A stretch of DNA of 63,939 nucleotides, counting the filler, from an uncultured Acidimicrobiia bacterium (GTDB lineage Bacteria; Actinomycetota; Acidimicrobiia; Spongiisociales; JAOTWH01), in the NCBI GenBank assembly GCA_964347285.1. It is 14 parts of 14 records of this genome, joined end to end, with 100 filler letters (N's around TTAATTAATTAA, not from the genome) between each part and the next. Parts side by side here need not be neighbours in the genome. Positions count along the whole stretch, not along the records: positions 50,165 to 54,335 come from CAYFYE010000146.1; positions 54,436 to 58,312 come from CAYFYE010000150.1; positions 58,413 to 62,236 come from CAYFYE010000151.1; 11 more parts are not named here. One strand, given 5' to 3'. The position numbers and the translations under genes are program-made. Shown here piece after piece: positions 51,160 through 60,857 of this stretch. Numbering within the stretch: position 1 is the stretch's first letter; the number at the start of each line of letters is the position of its first letter. The notes beneath the pieces were generated by a model, which saw only the letters and a program-made list of their open reading frames with translations, was not told the DNA's origin and made no database searches.

Positions 51160-51864
51160 ATGGCCGTATCTCTGCGGGGCGTGTGGAAGACCTACGGCGA
51201 AGGGCCCACAGCCGTCCATGCCCTGAAGGACATCACGCTGGCGGTACCCGACGGCGAGTTCACGGTGATCCTAGGCCCGAGCGGTTCCGGTAAGACCACG
51301 CTGCTCAACCTCGTCGGCTCGATCGACCGACCCAGTGCCGGCTCCGTCGAGGTGAACGGCATCGATCTCTCTTCGCTCGACGACGATGCCCGGACGCACT
51401 ACCGGCGGACGGCGGTCGGTTTCATCTTCCAGTTCTTCAACCTCATCCCGACTCTCACTGCGCTGGAGAACGTGGAACTGGTCGCCGAGCTGACCACCAA
51501 GCACGGTGCCGAGCCGGCCCGGCGGGCGTTGGAGCAGGTGGGCCTGGCCGACCGTGTGGATCACTTCCCAGGCCAGCTTTCCGGGGGCGAGCAGCAGCGG
51601 GTGGCCATCGCCCGTGCCCTGGCCAAGGAGTCGCCATTGCTGCTGTGCGACGAACCCACCGGCGAGCTGGACTTCGAGACCGGACGGGTGATCCTGGAGT
51701 TGCTGCACCGGCTCAACCGGGATGAAGGCCATACGATCCTGCTGGTCACCCACAATGCCGCCATCGGCGACATGGCCGACCGGGTGCTGCGGCTCCATTC
51801 GGGCGAGATCGTCGACGATCGAGCGGTCACCGAACCGGTGGCGGCGGGGGAGCTGTACTGGTGA
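51160..51864 (+). CDS. LolD/MacB-type ABC ATPase
   Basis: GPSGSGKT, LSGGEQQRV, CDEPTG, VTH. Confidence 0.93.
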   Translation: MAVSLRGVWKTYGEGPTAVHALKDITLAVPDGEFTVILGPSGSGKTTLLNLVGSIDRPSAGSVEVNGIDLSSLDDDARTHYRRTAVGFIFQFFNLIPTLTALENVELVAELTTKHGAEPARRALEQVGLADRVDHFPGQLSGGEQQRVAIARALAKESPLLLCDEPTGELDFETGRVILELLHRLNRDEGHTILLVTHNAAIGDMADRVLRLHSGEIVDDRAVTEPVAAGELYW

Positions 51865-54218
51865 AGGCGCTGCGTCGCAAGCTGTGGCGTGATGTGCGCC
51901 GCCAGCGCGCCCAGTTCACGGCGATCACCGTGACCGTCTTCTTGGGGATCGCGCTGTTTGCCGCCTCGTACGACTCATTCCGGAACCTCGAGGCGTCTTA
52001 CGACCGGACCACCACCGAATTCAGGTTTGCCAACCTTTTCGTGCAGGGAGGCGACGTGCAAGCCGTGGCGGCCGCGGCTATGGCCGAAGCCGAGGTCGAG
52101 TTCGTAGAGGTCCGGGTCGTCGAGGACCTTCCCTTGCGCCTGGGGGACGCCAAGCTGCTGGGCCGCGTGGTCGGTCTGCCGGCGGAGGACCAACCGGCGG
52201 TGAACCGGGTGAAGATCCTCCACGGCACCTACCTCGACCCGGGCGACGAGGACGGCGTCCTGGTAGAGGAGCACCTGGCCGATCACTTCGATCTCGGGCC
52301 GGGGAGCAGCCTCGAGGCGCTGGGCCCCGACGGCTGGCGGGCTATGCGGGTGGTGGGAGTGGCGTCGTCTCCCGAGTACATCTGGCCGGCGCGAGATCGC
52401 CAGGATCTGCTCACCTCCCCCGACGACTTCGGGGTGATCTTCGCCGCCGGCGAGACCGCGACCTCATTGACCGAGAGCTCCCCCAACAGTGTGGTGGCCT
52501 ACTACTCCGGCGGAACGGAGGATGCCGACCTCACCCGAAGACTGACCGAGGCGGCGTGGGACGCCGGGGCCGCCGAGGTGTATACCCGCTCCCAGCAGCC
52601 GTCCAACGCCGCTTTGGAGGAGGACCTCAGGGGCTTCGAGGAGATGTCGCTGTTCTTCCCGATCCTGTTCCTGGCGGCGGCCGCCATGGCCGCGTATGTG
52701 ATGATCAACCGCCTGGTCCACTCGCAGCGGCCCCATATCGGGCTGCTGATATCGGAGGGCTATACCCGTCGCCAGGTGCTCCGCCACTACCTCGGATACG
52801 GGATGGTGCCGGGGATCCTGGGGGCGGTGCCCGGCGCCGTCGTCGGCGTCCTGCTGGCCCGGCTCATCACCGGGCTCTACACCGAGCTGATATCGGTGCC
52901 GGTGCGAGTGATCGAGCTTCGGGCCTCGACCCTGGCCGCGGCAGTCGTCTTCGGCATCGTCGTGGCGCTGGTGGCTGCGATCGCGCCGGCCCGGAGCGCG
53001 GCCCGCATGACCCCGGCCGAGGTGATGCGGGGCGTCGGTCCGCCGGGGAGGGGCCGTCCCAGTGTGGCGGAACGGGCGTTTCCTCCGCTGCGCCGCCTGC
53101 CGATCCGATGGCGCATGGCACTGCGGGGCATCGAGCGCAGTCCCCGGCGCACCGTCTACACGATCCTCGGCGTCGTGCTGTCGCTGGTGCTGGTGCTGGT
53201 GTCGTGGGGGATGATCGACACCATGCGCTTCTTCTTCGACCGGCAGTTCCTCGAGATCACCCGCGAAGACGCCCGAGTGTTCTTTGCCGAACCGGTCACC
53301 GCCGAGGTGGTCGCCGGGCTGGAGGAGATCGAGGAGATTGCGGTCGCCGAGCCCTCACTCGAGCTGGCGGCGGCGTTGTCGGCCAACGGGCAACGCTACG
53401 ACTCGGCCCTGGTGATCCTCGAGCCCGACACCCGGATGCACGGGTTCTTCGCAACGAACGGCGACGAGATCGCCCTCCCCGACAACGGGCTGCTGGTCGG
53501 CAGCTTCCTGGGCGAGTTGCTGGAGGTCGAGGAAGGGGAGGCGATCACGTTGTCGCTGCCTGCCGTCGGGGTCTCCGTAGACGCTCCTATCGCCCGCTTC
53601 GTCGATGAGCCGATGGGGACCGTGGCCTACGCCTCGCGCCGGGCGGCGGCCACCCTGGCCGGAGGGGAGTTGCCGGCCACGTCGGCGCTGGTCAGCTACA
53701 CGGCCGGGGTCGATCGAGCAGAGGTTCGGGGAAATCTCACCGACCTGGCCATGGTCGCTGCTGTCACCGATGCCAAATCGCTGTACGAGATCGTCCAGCG
53801 CTACATGGGCCTCTTCTACGGGTTCGTGGGCATCATGCTCGCGTTCGGTGGAGCGATGGCCTTTGCCCTGATCTTCAACTCGATGAGCGTCAACATCGCC
53901 GAGCGCACCCGCGAAACGGCGACGCTGCTGGCGGTCGGGATGAAGCGGCGCACGATCGCCACGCTCATCGGCTCGGAGAATCTCGTGGTCGCCGCCCTGG
54001 GCATACCGCCGGGCCTGGTGCTGGGGTGGTGGGTTTCCTCGCTGGCGATGTCGAGCTTCAACACCGATCTCTTTCGCTTCGATCTCCACATGCGGGCCGG
54101 CACCCTCGTGTACTCGGCCGCGGCGATGCTGGTGGTGGCGCTGCTGTCCCAGTGGCCGGGGCTGCGGGCGATCGGGCGGCTCGACATCCCCCGGATCGTC
54201 AAGGAGCGGTCGACCTGA
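51861..54218 (+). CDS. FtsX-like ABC permease (duplicated MacB_PCD-FtsX)
   Basis: Two periplasmic+TM halves, ERTRE.ATL.AVG. Confidence 0.9.
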   Translation: MKALRRKLWRDVRRQRAQFTAITVTVFLGIALFAASYDSFRNLEASYDRTTTEFRFANLFVQGGDVQAVAAAAMAEAEVEFVEVRVVEDLPLRLGDAKLLGRVVGLPAEDQPAVNRVKILHGTYLDPGDEDGVLVEEHLADHFDLGPGSSLEALGPDGWRAMRVVGVASSPEYIWPARDRQDLLTSPDDFGVIFAAGETATSLTESSPNSVVAYYSGGTEDADLTRRLTEAAWDAGAAEVYTRSQQPSNAALEEDLRGFEEMSLFFPILFLAAAAMAAYVMINRLVHSQRPHIGLLISEGYTRRQVLRHYLGYGMVPGILGAVPGAVVGVLLARLITGLYTELISVPVRVIELRASTLAAAVVFGIVVALVAAIAPARSAARMTPAEVMRGVGPPGRGRPSVAERAFPPLRRLPIRWRMALRGIERSPRRTVYTILGVVLSLVLVLVSWGMIDTMRFFFDRQFLEITREDARVFFAEPVTAEVVAGLEEIEEIAVAEPSLELAAALSANGQRYDSALVILEPDTRMHGFFATNGDEIALPDNGLLVGSFLGELLEVEEGEAITLSLPAVGVSVDAPIARFVDEPMGTVAYASRRAAATLAGGELPATSALVSYTAGVDRAEVRGNLTDLAMVAAVTDAKSLYEIVQRYMGLFYGFVGIMLAFGGAMAFALIFNSMSVNIAERTRETATLLAVGMKRRTIATLIGSENLVVAALGIPPGLVLGWWVSSLAMSSFNTDLFRFDLHMRAGTLVYSAAAMLVVALLSQWPGLRAIGRLDIPRIVKERST

Positions 54219-54435
54219 CGGCGCTTGGGTGACGACCCGGCTCAACCAATCCGGGCCTCGTTCCCTATTCGGCGATCACCAGCGGCTCGGTGAGGCCGTA
54301 GACGTCGGGGCTGATCTCATAGGCGTTGGCCTCGANNNNNNNNNNNNNNNNNNNNNNNNNNNNNNNNNNNNNNNNNNNNTTAATTAATTAANNNNNNNNN
54401 NNNNNNNNNNNNNNNNNNNNNNNNNNNNNNNNNNN

Positions 54436-54844
54436 CCCGGTCGGGCGTGGATAGAGGCTGGTACACCAGCCCGGGGCCGACGGCGGGGAGCTGTACCGCC
54501 CGGCCGTCACCAAACACCGCCACTCGCCGCACCCTCACGTCGGCCACCGCGGCCCGGTGGCCGTTGCCCGGCCACAGCACGGCCCCGACCGCATAGGAGC
54601 CGCACACCCCGGGGACCGGCATGCCGTCGCCGTCGTCGAGCGCCAGGCGGGCATCGGGGCGGCGCACCCCGTCGATGAACGCAACCGTCGGCAGGGCGCC
54701 GTCGTGGGAGGGTCCCATCGGGCGCCAGGGGCCGGCGACCTCCACCTCGTCGTCGACGCGGTCCGGCGAGAACGCCTGCTCGTCCTCGACGTCGAGAGGG
54801 CCGCCGTACTCGGGCGCCCACGGCTCTACGTGCACTCGGGCCAT
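54436..54844 (-). CDS. NurA-like nuclease domain protein, N-terminal fragment
   Basis: EPWAPEYG, VAFIDGVRR, GSYAVGAV. Confidence 0.6.
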
Positions 54845-54930
54845 GGGCCGCGATGGTAGCGGTTGGGTCACACGCGTGTAATTCAGTCGATCGGCTCTTC
54901 CCGACGGGCCCCGGGGCGTAGGGTTCGAGC

Positions 54931-55284
54931 ATGGACGTCGACTATCCGGGCTTCGGCGAGATCGTCGTCGACGGCGAGCGTTTCGACCACGACGTGGTGG
55001 TGGAGGCGGGCCGGGTGCGGCGCCGCAAGAAGGGACCGTCCAAGGCGTACCGCAGCCGGTACGGCCACACGCCGCTGTCCCCCGACGAGCGGATCCCTTG
55101 GGCGCCGCCGACATTGGTTGTCGGGACCGGAGCCAGCGGACGACTGCCGATCATGCCCGAGGTGTGGGAAGAGGCCAAGGCTCGCGGTGTGGACCTGGTC
55201 GCCGTGCCCACGGCGGAAGCGTGTGAGCTTCTGCGCTCGGTCGACGCGGGGCGGGTCTACGCCATCCTGCACGTCACCTGCTAG
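54931..55284 (+). CDS. Mth938/DUF498-like protein
   Basis: FGEI.VDG, VVGTG..G, LHVTC C-terminus. Confidence 0.85.
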   Translation: MDVDYPGFGEIVVDGERFDHDVVVEAGRVRRRKKGPSKAYRSRYGHTPLSPDERIPWAPPTLVVGTGASGRLPIMPEVWEEAKARGVDLVAVPTAEACELLRSVDAGRVYAILHVTC

Positions 55285-55294
55285 CCGGACCGGC

Positions 55295-55620
55295 GAGTTC
55301 GGTCCCCCCAGCGAGCGAAGCGAGCTCGGTCCCCCCAAGCGAGCGGAGTGAGCTTGGTCCCCCCAAGCGAGCGGAGTGAGCTTGGTCCCCCCAAGCGAGC
55401 GGAGCGAGCGTTGGGGGGGAAGGTACCGCAGCCCGACCTGTTTCTCCCCCAGCGAACGAAGTGAGCGTTGGGGAAAGTCCGGCGAAGCCGGGAGGGGGGC
55501 TCGAGGGCTGGGGTGGGGGATCTTGGGGAGTCCGGCGAAGCCGGGAGGGGGGCTCGAGGGCTGGTAGGGCGCGCCCCTTCCCCCCTTCGGGGCACCTCCC
55601 CCTCCGGTAGAGGAGACGGG
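55295..55620. repeat. REP-like intergenic repeat array
   Basis: Four 27-28-bp tandem units GAGYTYGGTCCCCCC(A)AGCGAGCGRAGY (55295-55405), two identical 36-bp copies (55476-55511, 55529-55564), several C/G hairpins. Confidence 0.9.
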
Positions 55621-55656
55621 GGCAAGCCCGGGAGAGGAACAGAGTGGAACCGGTCG

Positions 55657-56892
55657 CTAGCGCTGGGGAACGATCTTGAACAGCGACCCGGCATCGGAGA
55701 CGACGTACATCTCCCCGGCACCGTCGGTGCCGAACGAGTTGATGCCTCCGATCCGACCCAGGTCGTCGGTCCAATCGACGGCATCGACGGCCGCCCCGTC
55801 CTGATAGCGGAAGCTGCGCACCCAGCCGCCGCACCAGTCGGCGTAGAAGTAGTGCCCGTAGAGCTCGGGGATGGCCCTGCCCCGATAGACCGGACCGCCG
55901 ATCACGGCGCAGCCGTCCTCATCCCCGTAGGCCACCACCGGGCCGGTCAGTCCATCGACCTCGCACGCCGCGGCCTCGAAGCACTCGAACCCCTCTGCGA
56001 TCGGCCACCCGTAGTTGAGCAACGGGGCCTCCAGCGGGGCCACGTTGATCTCCTCCCACAGATCCTGGCCCACGTCGGCGATGTAGATGTGGCGGTCCAC
56101 CGGATCGATGGAGAACCGGTACGGGTTGCGGAGCCCGTACGCCCACACTTCGGGAGCGCCGGGCAGTCGGCCCAGGATGTCCTCCTCGGCCGCGGCAAAG
56201 GGGTTGTCGGGGGGGATGGCATAGGTCGGCCCGGCGTTGACGTCGAGGCGCAGGATCGAGCCGAGCACGGTCTGGGGGCGTTGTCCATTGCCGTAGCGAT
56301 CGCCGATCCCCCCTCCGTCACCGAGGCCCACCCACAGGTGGCCGTCGGGACCGAACTGCACCATGCCGCCGTTGTGCCATTCGTGGGGCTGGTCGACCGC
56401 CAGGACCACCGATCCGGAGCCGGGATCGATGGGCCCCCCGCCGTCGACGAACTCCACGACCTGCGAGTCGTTGTCGGAATCGGTGTAGGAGACCAAGAAA
56501 CGGCCGTTGTCGTCGAAATCGGGGTGGAAGGCCAGCCCGAGCAGGCCCTGCTCGTTGCCCTCGAAGCCGACCGCGGCAACGAGGTCGAGATAGGGCTCGG
56601 GGCGAAGGCGGCCACCTTCCACCACCCGGATCGTGCCCTTCTTCTCGGTGATGAACAGGCGGTCTCCCCCGCCCCGGGCGGTGACCCAGGTGGGCCGGTC
56701 GAGTCCCGACGCCACCTCCTCCAGCCGCAAGGCCCGGAGCGGGACGGGAGCGGGTGGCGGCTCGCCGTTGACCGGAGCGGCCATGGTGGTACCCGGTCCG
56801 ATGGGAGGCGGCTCGACGGCCTCGGCGGCGCACCCGGCCGCCAGCACGGCCAACGCGGTCGCCGCCAAGCCGCCCCACCCCGGGCGCATCAC
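55657..56892 (-). CDS. PQQ-dependent sugar dehydrogenase (GSDH/YliI-like) lipoprotein
   Basis: AAGC lipobox, EQGLLGLAFHP, HNGG, GLRNP, NYGWP. Confidence 0.9.
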   Translation of the reverse strand: MMRPGWGGLAATALAVLAAGCAAEAVEPPPIGPGTTMAAPVNGEPPPAPVPLRALRLEEVASGLDRPTWVTARGGGDRLFITEKKGTIRVVEGGRLRPEPYLDLVAAVGFEGNEQGLLGLAFHPDFDDNGRFLVSYTDSDNDSQVVEFVDGGGPIDPGSGSVVLAVDQPHEWHNGGMVQFGPDGHLWVGLGDGGGIGDRYGNGQRPQTVLGSILRLDVNAGPTYAIPPDNPFAAAEEDILGRLPGAPEVWAYGLRNPYRFSIDPVDRHIYIADVGQDLWEEINVAPLEAPLLNYGWPIAEGFECFEAAACEVDGLTGPVVAYGDEDGCAVIGGPVYRGRAIPELYGHYFYADWCGGWVRSFRYQDGAAVDAVDWTDDLGRIGGINSFGTDGAGEMYVVSDAGSLFKIVPQR

Positions 56893-58187
56893 CGCACCGG
56901 GGTGATCTTGAGGAGGAAGCCCTCACCGGTCAGCACGTACAGCTCGCCGGCGCCGTCCATCCCGAAGCTGGTGACCGATCCCAACAGCCCCACGTCGCTC
57001 GTCCAATCCCGGGCGTCGCCGGCTGCGCCCTCGGCGTAGCGGAAGCTGCGCAGCCAGCCCCCGCACCAGTCCGAGTAGAAGTAGTGGCCGTCGAGCTCGG
57101 GCATCTCGGCTCCCCGGTAGACGAAGCCGCCGATCACCGAGCAGCCGTCGTCCCGTCCGTACTCGACGGCGGGAAGCACCAGTCCTTCGGTGGAGCACCC
57201 CGGGTCCTGGAAGCACAGCGAGCCCTCCAGGATCGGCCAGCCGTAGTTGAGGCCGGGCTGGGAGATCGGGGCCACGTCGATCTCCTCCCGTGCCCCCTGG
57301 CCCACGTCGCCGATGTACAGGTGTCCCCCGGCCGGGTCGATGGCGAAGCGCCACGGGTTGCGGAGCCCGTAGGCCCACACCTCCGGTGCCCCTCCCCCGG
57401 CCACGAACGGGTTGTCGGGGGGGATGGCGTAGGGCCGGGCGGCGTCGATGTCGAGGCGGAGGATCGTGCCCAGAACGGTGTCGGCCCGCTGGCCGTTGCC
57501 GAAGCGGTCGTTGGCCCCGCCGCCGTCTCCCAGACCCACATACAGGTAGCCGTCGGGGCCGAATTCGATCATTCCCCCGTTGTGATTGCCGGCCGGCTGG
57601 TCGACCTCGAGCAGCACCTGCTCGGAGTCGGGATCGGCCCGGTCGGGATCGTCGCCCACCGAGAACTGGGAGAGCCGGGTGTCGCCCCCGTTGTCGATGT
57701 AGTAGACGAAGAAGCGGCCGTTGTCGGAATAGGCGGGGTGGAAGGCCAGGCCCAGCAGGCCCTGCTCCAGTGAACTCGACTCGACGTCATCGGCGATGTT
57801 GAGGAAGGGTTCGTCCGCCACCACCCCGTCCTCGACGATCAGGATTCGACCGGCCTGCTCTACCACGAACAGGCGGGGATCGCCCGGAGGAGAGATGGCG
57901 AACACCGGCTCGTCGAGGTCCCGGGCCACCGTTTCCAGGCCGATTCCGGCCAGGGGCGGCGGAGGCTCGGTGGTGGTGGTGCTCGTGGCCTCGGTCGGGG
58001 TCGGGGCCGGGCCCGTCGATGGGGGCGCCGGAGCCGACGTCGACGAGGTGGGGCCCGGGCCCACCGGGGCGGTGCCCACTGCGGCGGTCTCGGTCGGCGC
58101 CGGCCCGGTGTCGGCCGATCCCGTCGAATCGCCGCACCCCGCCGCCACGATTGCCACCACGGCGGCCATCGCCGCCACTCGACTCAT
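56889..58187 (-). CDS. PQQ-dependent sugar dehydrogenase (GSDH/YliI-like) lipoprotein
   Basis: AAGC lipobox, PT linker, EQGLLGLAFHP, HNGG, GLRNPWR, NYGWP. Confidence 0.9.
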   Translation of the reverse strand: MSRVAAMAAVVAIVAAGCGDSTGSADTGPAPTETAAVGTAPVGPGPTSSTSAPAPPSTGPAPTPTEATSTTTTEPPPPLAGIGLETVARDLDEPVFAISPPGDPRLFVVEQAGRILIVEDGVVADEPFLNIADDVESSSLEQGLLGLAFHPAYSDNGRFFVYYIDNGGDTRLSQFSVGDDPDRADPDSEQVLLEVDQPAGNHNGGMIEFGPDGYLYVGLGDGGGANDRFGNGQRADTVLGTILRLDIDAARPYAIPPDNPFVAGGGAPEVWAYGLRNPWRFAIDPAGGHLYIGDVGQGAREEIDVAPISQPGLNYGWPILEGSLCFQDPGCSTEGLVLPAVEYGRDDGCSVIGGFVYRGAEMPELDGHYFYSDWCGGWLRSFRYAEGAAGDARDWTSDVGLLGSVTSFGMDGAGELYVLTGEGFLLKITPVR

Positions 58188-58263
58188 GGCGCGGCAGGTT
58201 ATCGGAGGCCGGTGGTAGCACAACCGGTGACGGGGGACGCCTACCGGTAGCCTCGCCCCTGCC

Positions 58264-58312
58264 GTGACCGCCGCCCCCAAGAACGACCCCCGCACGATCT
58301 TCGGCTGGGCGA
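58264..58312 (+). CDS. N-terminal fragment of a UMF1-like MFS transporter
   Basis: MTAAPKNDPRTIFGWA, like the lead-in to the WAMYDWANS motif. Confidence 0.5.
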
Positions 58313-58413
58313 NNNNNNNNNNNNNNNNNNNNNNNNNNNNNNNNNNNNNNNNNNNNTTAATTAATTAANNNNNNNNNNNNNNNNNNNNNNNNNNNNNNNN
58401 NNNNNNNNNNNNC

Positions 58414-59289
58414 CTAGGTGGCCGCCGCCGCCACCGCGAACTGGAAGATGAGGTTGGCGGCCAGGATGCTGGTCTGGGTGCCCTGATCGGTCATCGGGTT
58501 GACCTCGTTGACGGCGAGGCCGGCCGCCCCGGGTCCCAGTCGGACCAGCAACTCCAAGAGATCCCCGGATGAGAGGCCACCCGGCTCCTGCCATCCCACC
58601 CCGGGGGCATAGGCCGGGTCGAGGACGTCGACGTCCACCGCTACGAACAAGTGGTCGGCGCCCTCGGTCGCCTCTTCGATGCGGTCTCCGACGGCATCGG
58701 CACCGAGCCGCCGTACCTCCCGGGCCGGGATCTCGGTGAGTCCCGACTCGTCGATGAAGCGCTTCGAGGCGGGAAAGTTGAAGTTGCGGGTACCCACCTG
58801 GACGGAGCAGGAAGGATCGACCCGCGCCAGCTCGAGGGCCCGTCTCATCCCGCTCGAGTGGCTGAAACGACCCTGGGCAGGCGATTCGTCCATGAGGTCG
58901 AGGTGGGCGTCGAAATGGACGATCCCCACGATGCCCGCTACCGCGTCGTGGACCCCGGCCACAGCCGGATACAGGATCGAGTCGTCTCCCCCCACCACCG
59001 CCGGCACCCGGCCCATCTCGGCCTGCTCCCGGGTGGCGGCTCGCACCGCCGCCAGCGTGGCCTCGAGGTCGTGGGCGACGACTTCGGCATTGCCGGCGTC
59101 GATCAGCCACCCGTCGGCGAGCGCCACCAACCGATCCTCATCGATCCAGTAGACCTCCCCGTCCTCGACTCGCATCTTCATCCAGCCGAGATTGCGGCGG
59201 ATCTCGTCGGGGGCGTAGCGGGATCCGGGCCAGCCCAGTGTGGCGGCCCCGTCGAACGGGACCCCGATGAAGGCCAGCGGGCGGGGCAT
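58414..59289 (-). CDS. Arginase/agmatinase-family ureohydrolase
   Basis: GVPFD, GSRYAP, GGDDS, DAHLD, DVDVLDP, EPGG, EVNP. Confidence 0.9.
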   Translation of the reverse strand: MPRPLAFIGVPFDGAATLGWPGSRYAPDEIRRNLGWMKMRVEDGEVYWIDEDRLVALADGWLIDAGNAEVVAHDLEATLAAVRAATREQAEMGRVPAVVGGDDSILYPAVAGVHDAVAGIVGIVHFDAHLDLMDESPAQGRFSHSSGMRRALELARVDPSCSVQVGTRNFNFPASKRFIDESGLTEIPAREVRRLGADAVGDRIEEATEGADHLFVAVDVDVLDPAYAPGVGWQEPGGLSSGDLLELLVRLGPGAAGLAVNEVNPMTDQGTQTSILAANLIFQFAVAAAAT

Positions 59290-59330
59290 GGGCCGATGCT
59301 ATCGGGCATGGGGCCCGCCCCGCCGAGCGG

Positions 59331-60734
59331 CTAGTACACGTGCATCGGCATGCCGACGAACAGATGACCGTCCATCCAATCGGCTTCCCAGTTGGGCATC
59401 CGGATACAGCCGTGGGAAGCCGGGTAGGCGGGCACATTCGGCGAGCCGTGCAGGGCGTATCCACCCTTGAAGTACCAGGGCTTGTAGAGCACACCCAGAT
59501 AGGAGATCCGCAGCCCGTCGATATGGCGGAGGATCCGGAAGTCGCCGCGGGGCGTCACTGCTCTAGCCAGGCTGCCGCCCCGCCCTGTGAAGAGAGCCCC
59601 GTTGCCCGAGGCCACCGGGAAGATGGCGGTCACCCGGTGGTTCTCCACCAGGTATCCGACCTGCTTGCCGAGGTTTATCTCGACCCGGAAGGGCTCGTTG
59701 GCCCACCAGGCGAGAGCGGGTCCGGCGTAATGGGCCAGACGGGCCCAGTCTTCGGGGGCCCAGCTCCACTCCCGGGGCAGTCCCTGATCCTTGTGGAACG
59801 CCATCACCGCCTGCATGGTCCGCTCTCCGTAGTTCCCATCTATCGGGCCGCGGTAGAAGGCCTTGGCGGCGAGCAGCTGCTGAAGTTGCCCCACCGCCGG
59901 CCCCGAGCTTCCGGTGGCCAGCGCCGCCGTCGGGAGCGTGGGCGGAGCCGGGCCGGTGCCCGGCAATGGACCGAAGTAGCCGGCCACCGGAGCCAGGCCA
60001 CCGTTGCCGTAGGAGATCGATCCGCCCGAGCCGGCGAAGTAGAACGTGGCGTTTCCGGGGCGAAACACCGCCGCATCGTCTGTTCCGGTTCCGGTCCAGT
60101 CCCCCGCCACGACCCGATCGCCCGGGTTGCCGAAACCGAAGGAAACCGTCGTCCCCGTCCCGTGCCCGGTGAGGTAGGACATCACGCCGCTGATTCCGTC
60201 GTAGCTCCCGACCTCGTCGAAACCGTCCCCGTCGAAGTCGCCGGCGACGGGCTGACCGGTGCCACTACCGAACGGATAGGCGACATCGGCGCTGCCCAGG
60301 CCGGCGTTGCCGGAGCCGAGCCGGTTGACGACGTACACCATCCCCTCGCTGGGCCGGAACAGCGAAACCGTATCGCACCCGTCCCCGTCGAAGTCACCGG
60401 CCATTGGCACGTCGCCGGGATTCCCGAAGAAGTAGCTGACGTCGGCTACCCCCTGGCTGTTGCTGTTGCGCAAGTACACGAAGCCGTCGGCGCGGCGGTA
60501 GAGGCCCGGGGTGTCCACCCCGTCGCAATCCCAATCGCCCATGAAGGGGACGTCGCCGGGATTGCCGTAGTAGAAGCCGGTGCTGCCGCCGCTCGGGTCT
60601 CGTAGGTACCAAAAGCCGGTGGTGGTGTCGACCAGGCCCACCGATGAGGAGTTGCCGGCCGTGGCAGCGGTGCCCGGAGCTACGACCACTCCTAGTATTA
60701 GAACCAACGCTAACAGCACCCTCAAAGCCGGCAT
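59331..60734 (-). CDS. Secreted L,D-transpeptidase with FG-GAP-like repeats and PG-binding domain
   Basis: Signal peptide, GDWDCDGVD/GDFDGDG repeats, IDGNYG..T..AV.AF, YkuD LHG...SHGCIR. Confidence 0.9.
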   Translation of the reverse strand: MPALRVLLALVLILGVVVAPGTAATAGNSSSVGLVDTTTGFWYLRDPSGGSTGFYYGNPGDVPFMGDWDCDGVDTPGLYRRADGFVYLRNSNSQGVADVSYFFGNPGDVPMAGDFDGDGCDTVSLFRPSEGMVYVVNRLGSGNAGLGSADVAYPFGSGTGQPVAGDFDGDGFDEVGSYDGISGVMSYLTGHGTGTTVSFGFGNPGDRVVAGDWTGTGTDDAAVFRPGNATFYFAGSGGSISYGNGGLAPVAGYFGPLPGTGPAPPTLPTAALATGSSGPAVGQLQQLLAAKAFYRGPIDGNYGERTMQAVMAFHKDQGLPREWSWAPEDWARLAHYAGPALAWWANEPFRVEINLGKQVGYLVENHRVTAIFPVASGNGALFTGRGGSLARAVTPRGDFRILRHIDGLRISYLGVLYKPWYFKGGYALHGSPNVPAYPASHGCIRMPNWEADWMDGHLFVGMPMHVY

Positions 60735-60857
60735 TGCCACCCCATTTTCCTGGTCCTGGGACAACCCTACACGCGATCACGCCTGTGGGTAGGGCACCAG
60801 GGTCTGTTGAAGGTGGAGAGCGACGGGGCAAGCCGGCTGCCCCCCCATGGGCCCGGC

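Noticed and set aside
55295..55405. 28-bp repeats as a CRISPR array
   Set aside because: Units are contiguous with no unique spacers and no cas genes
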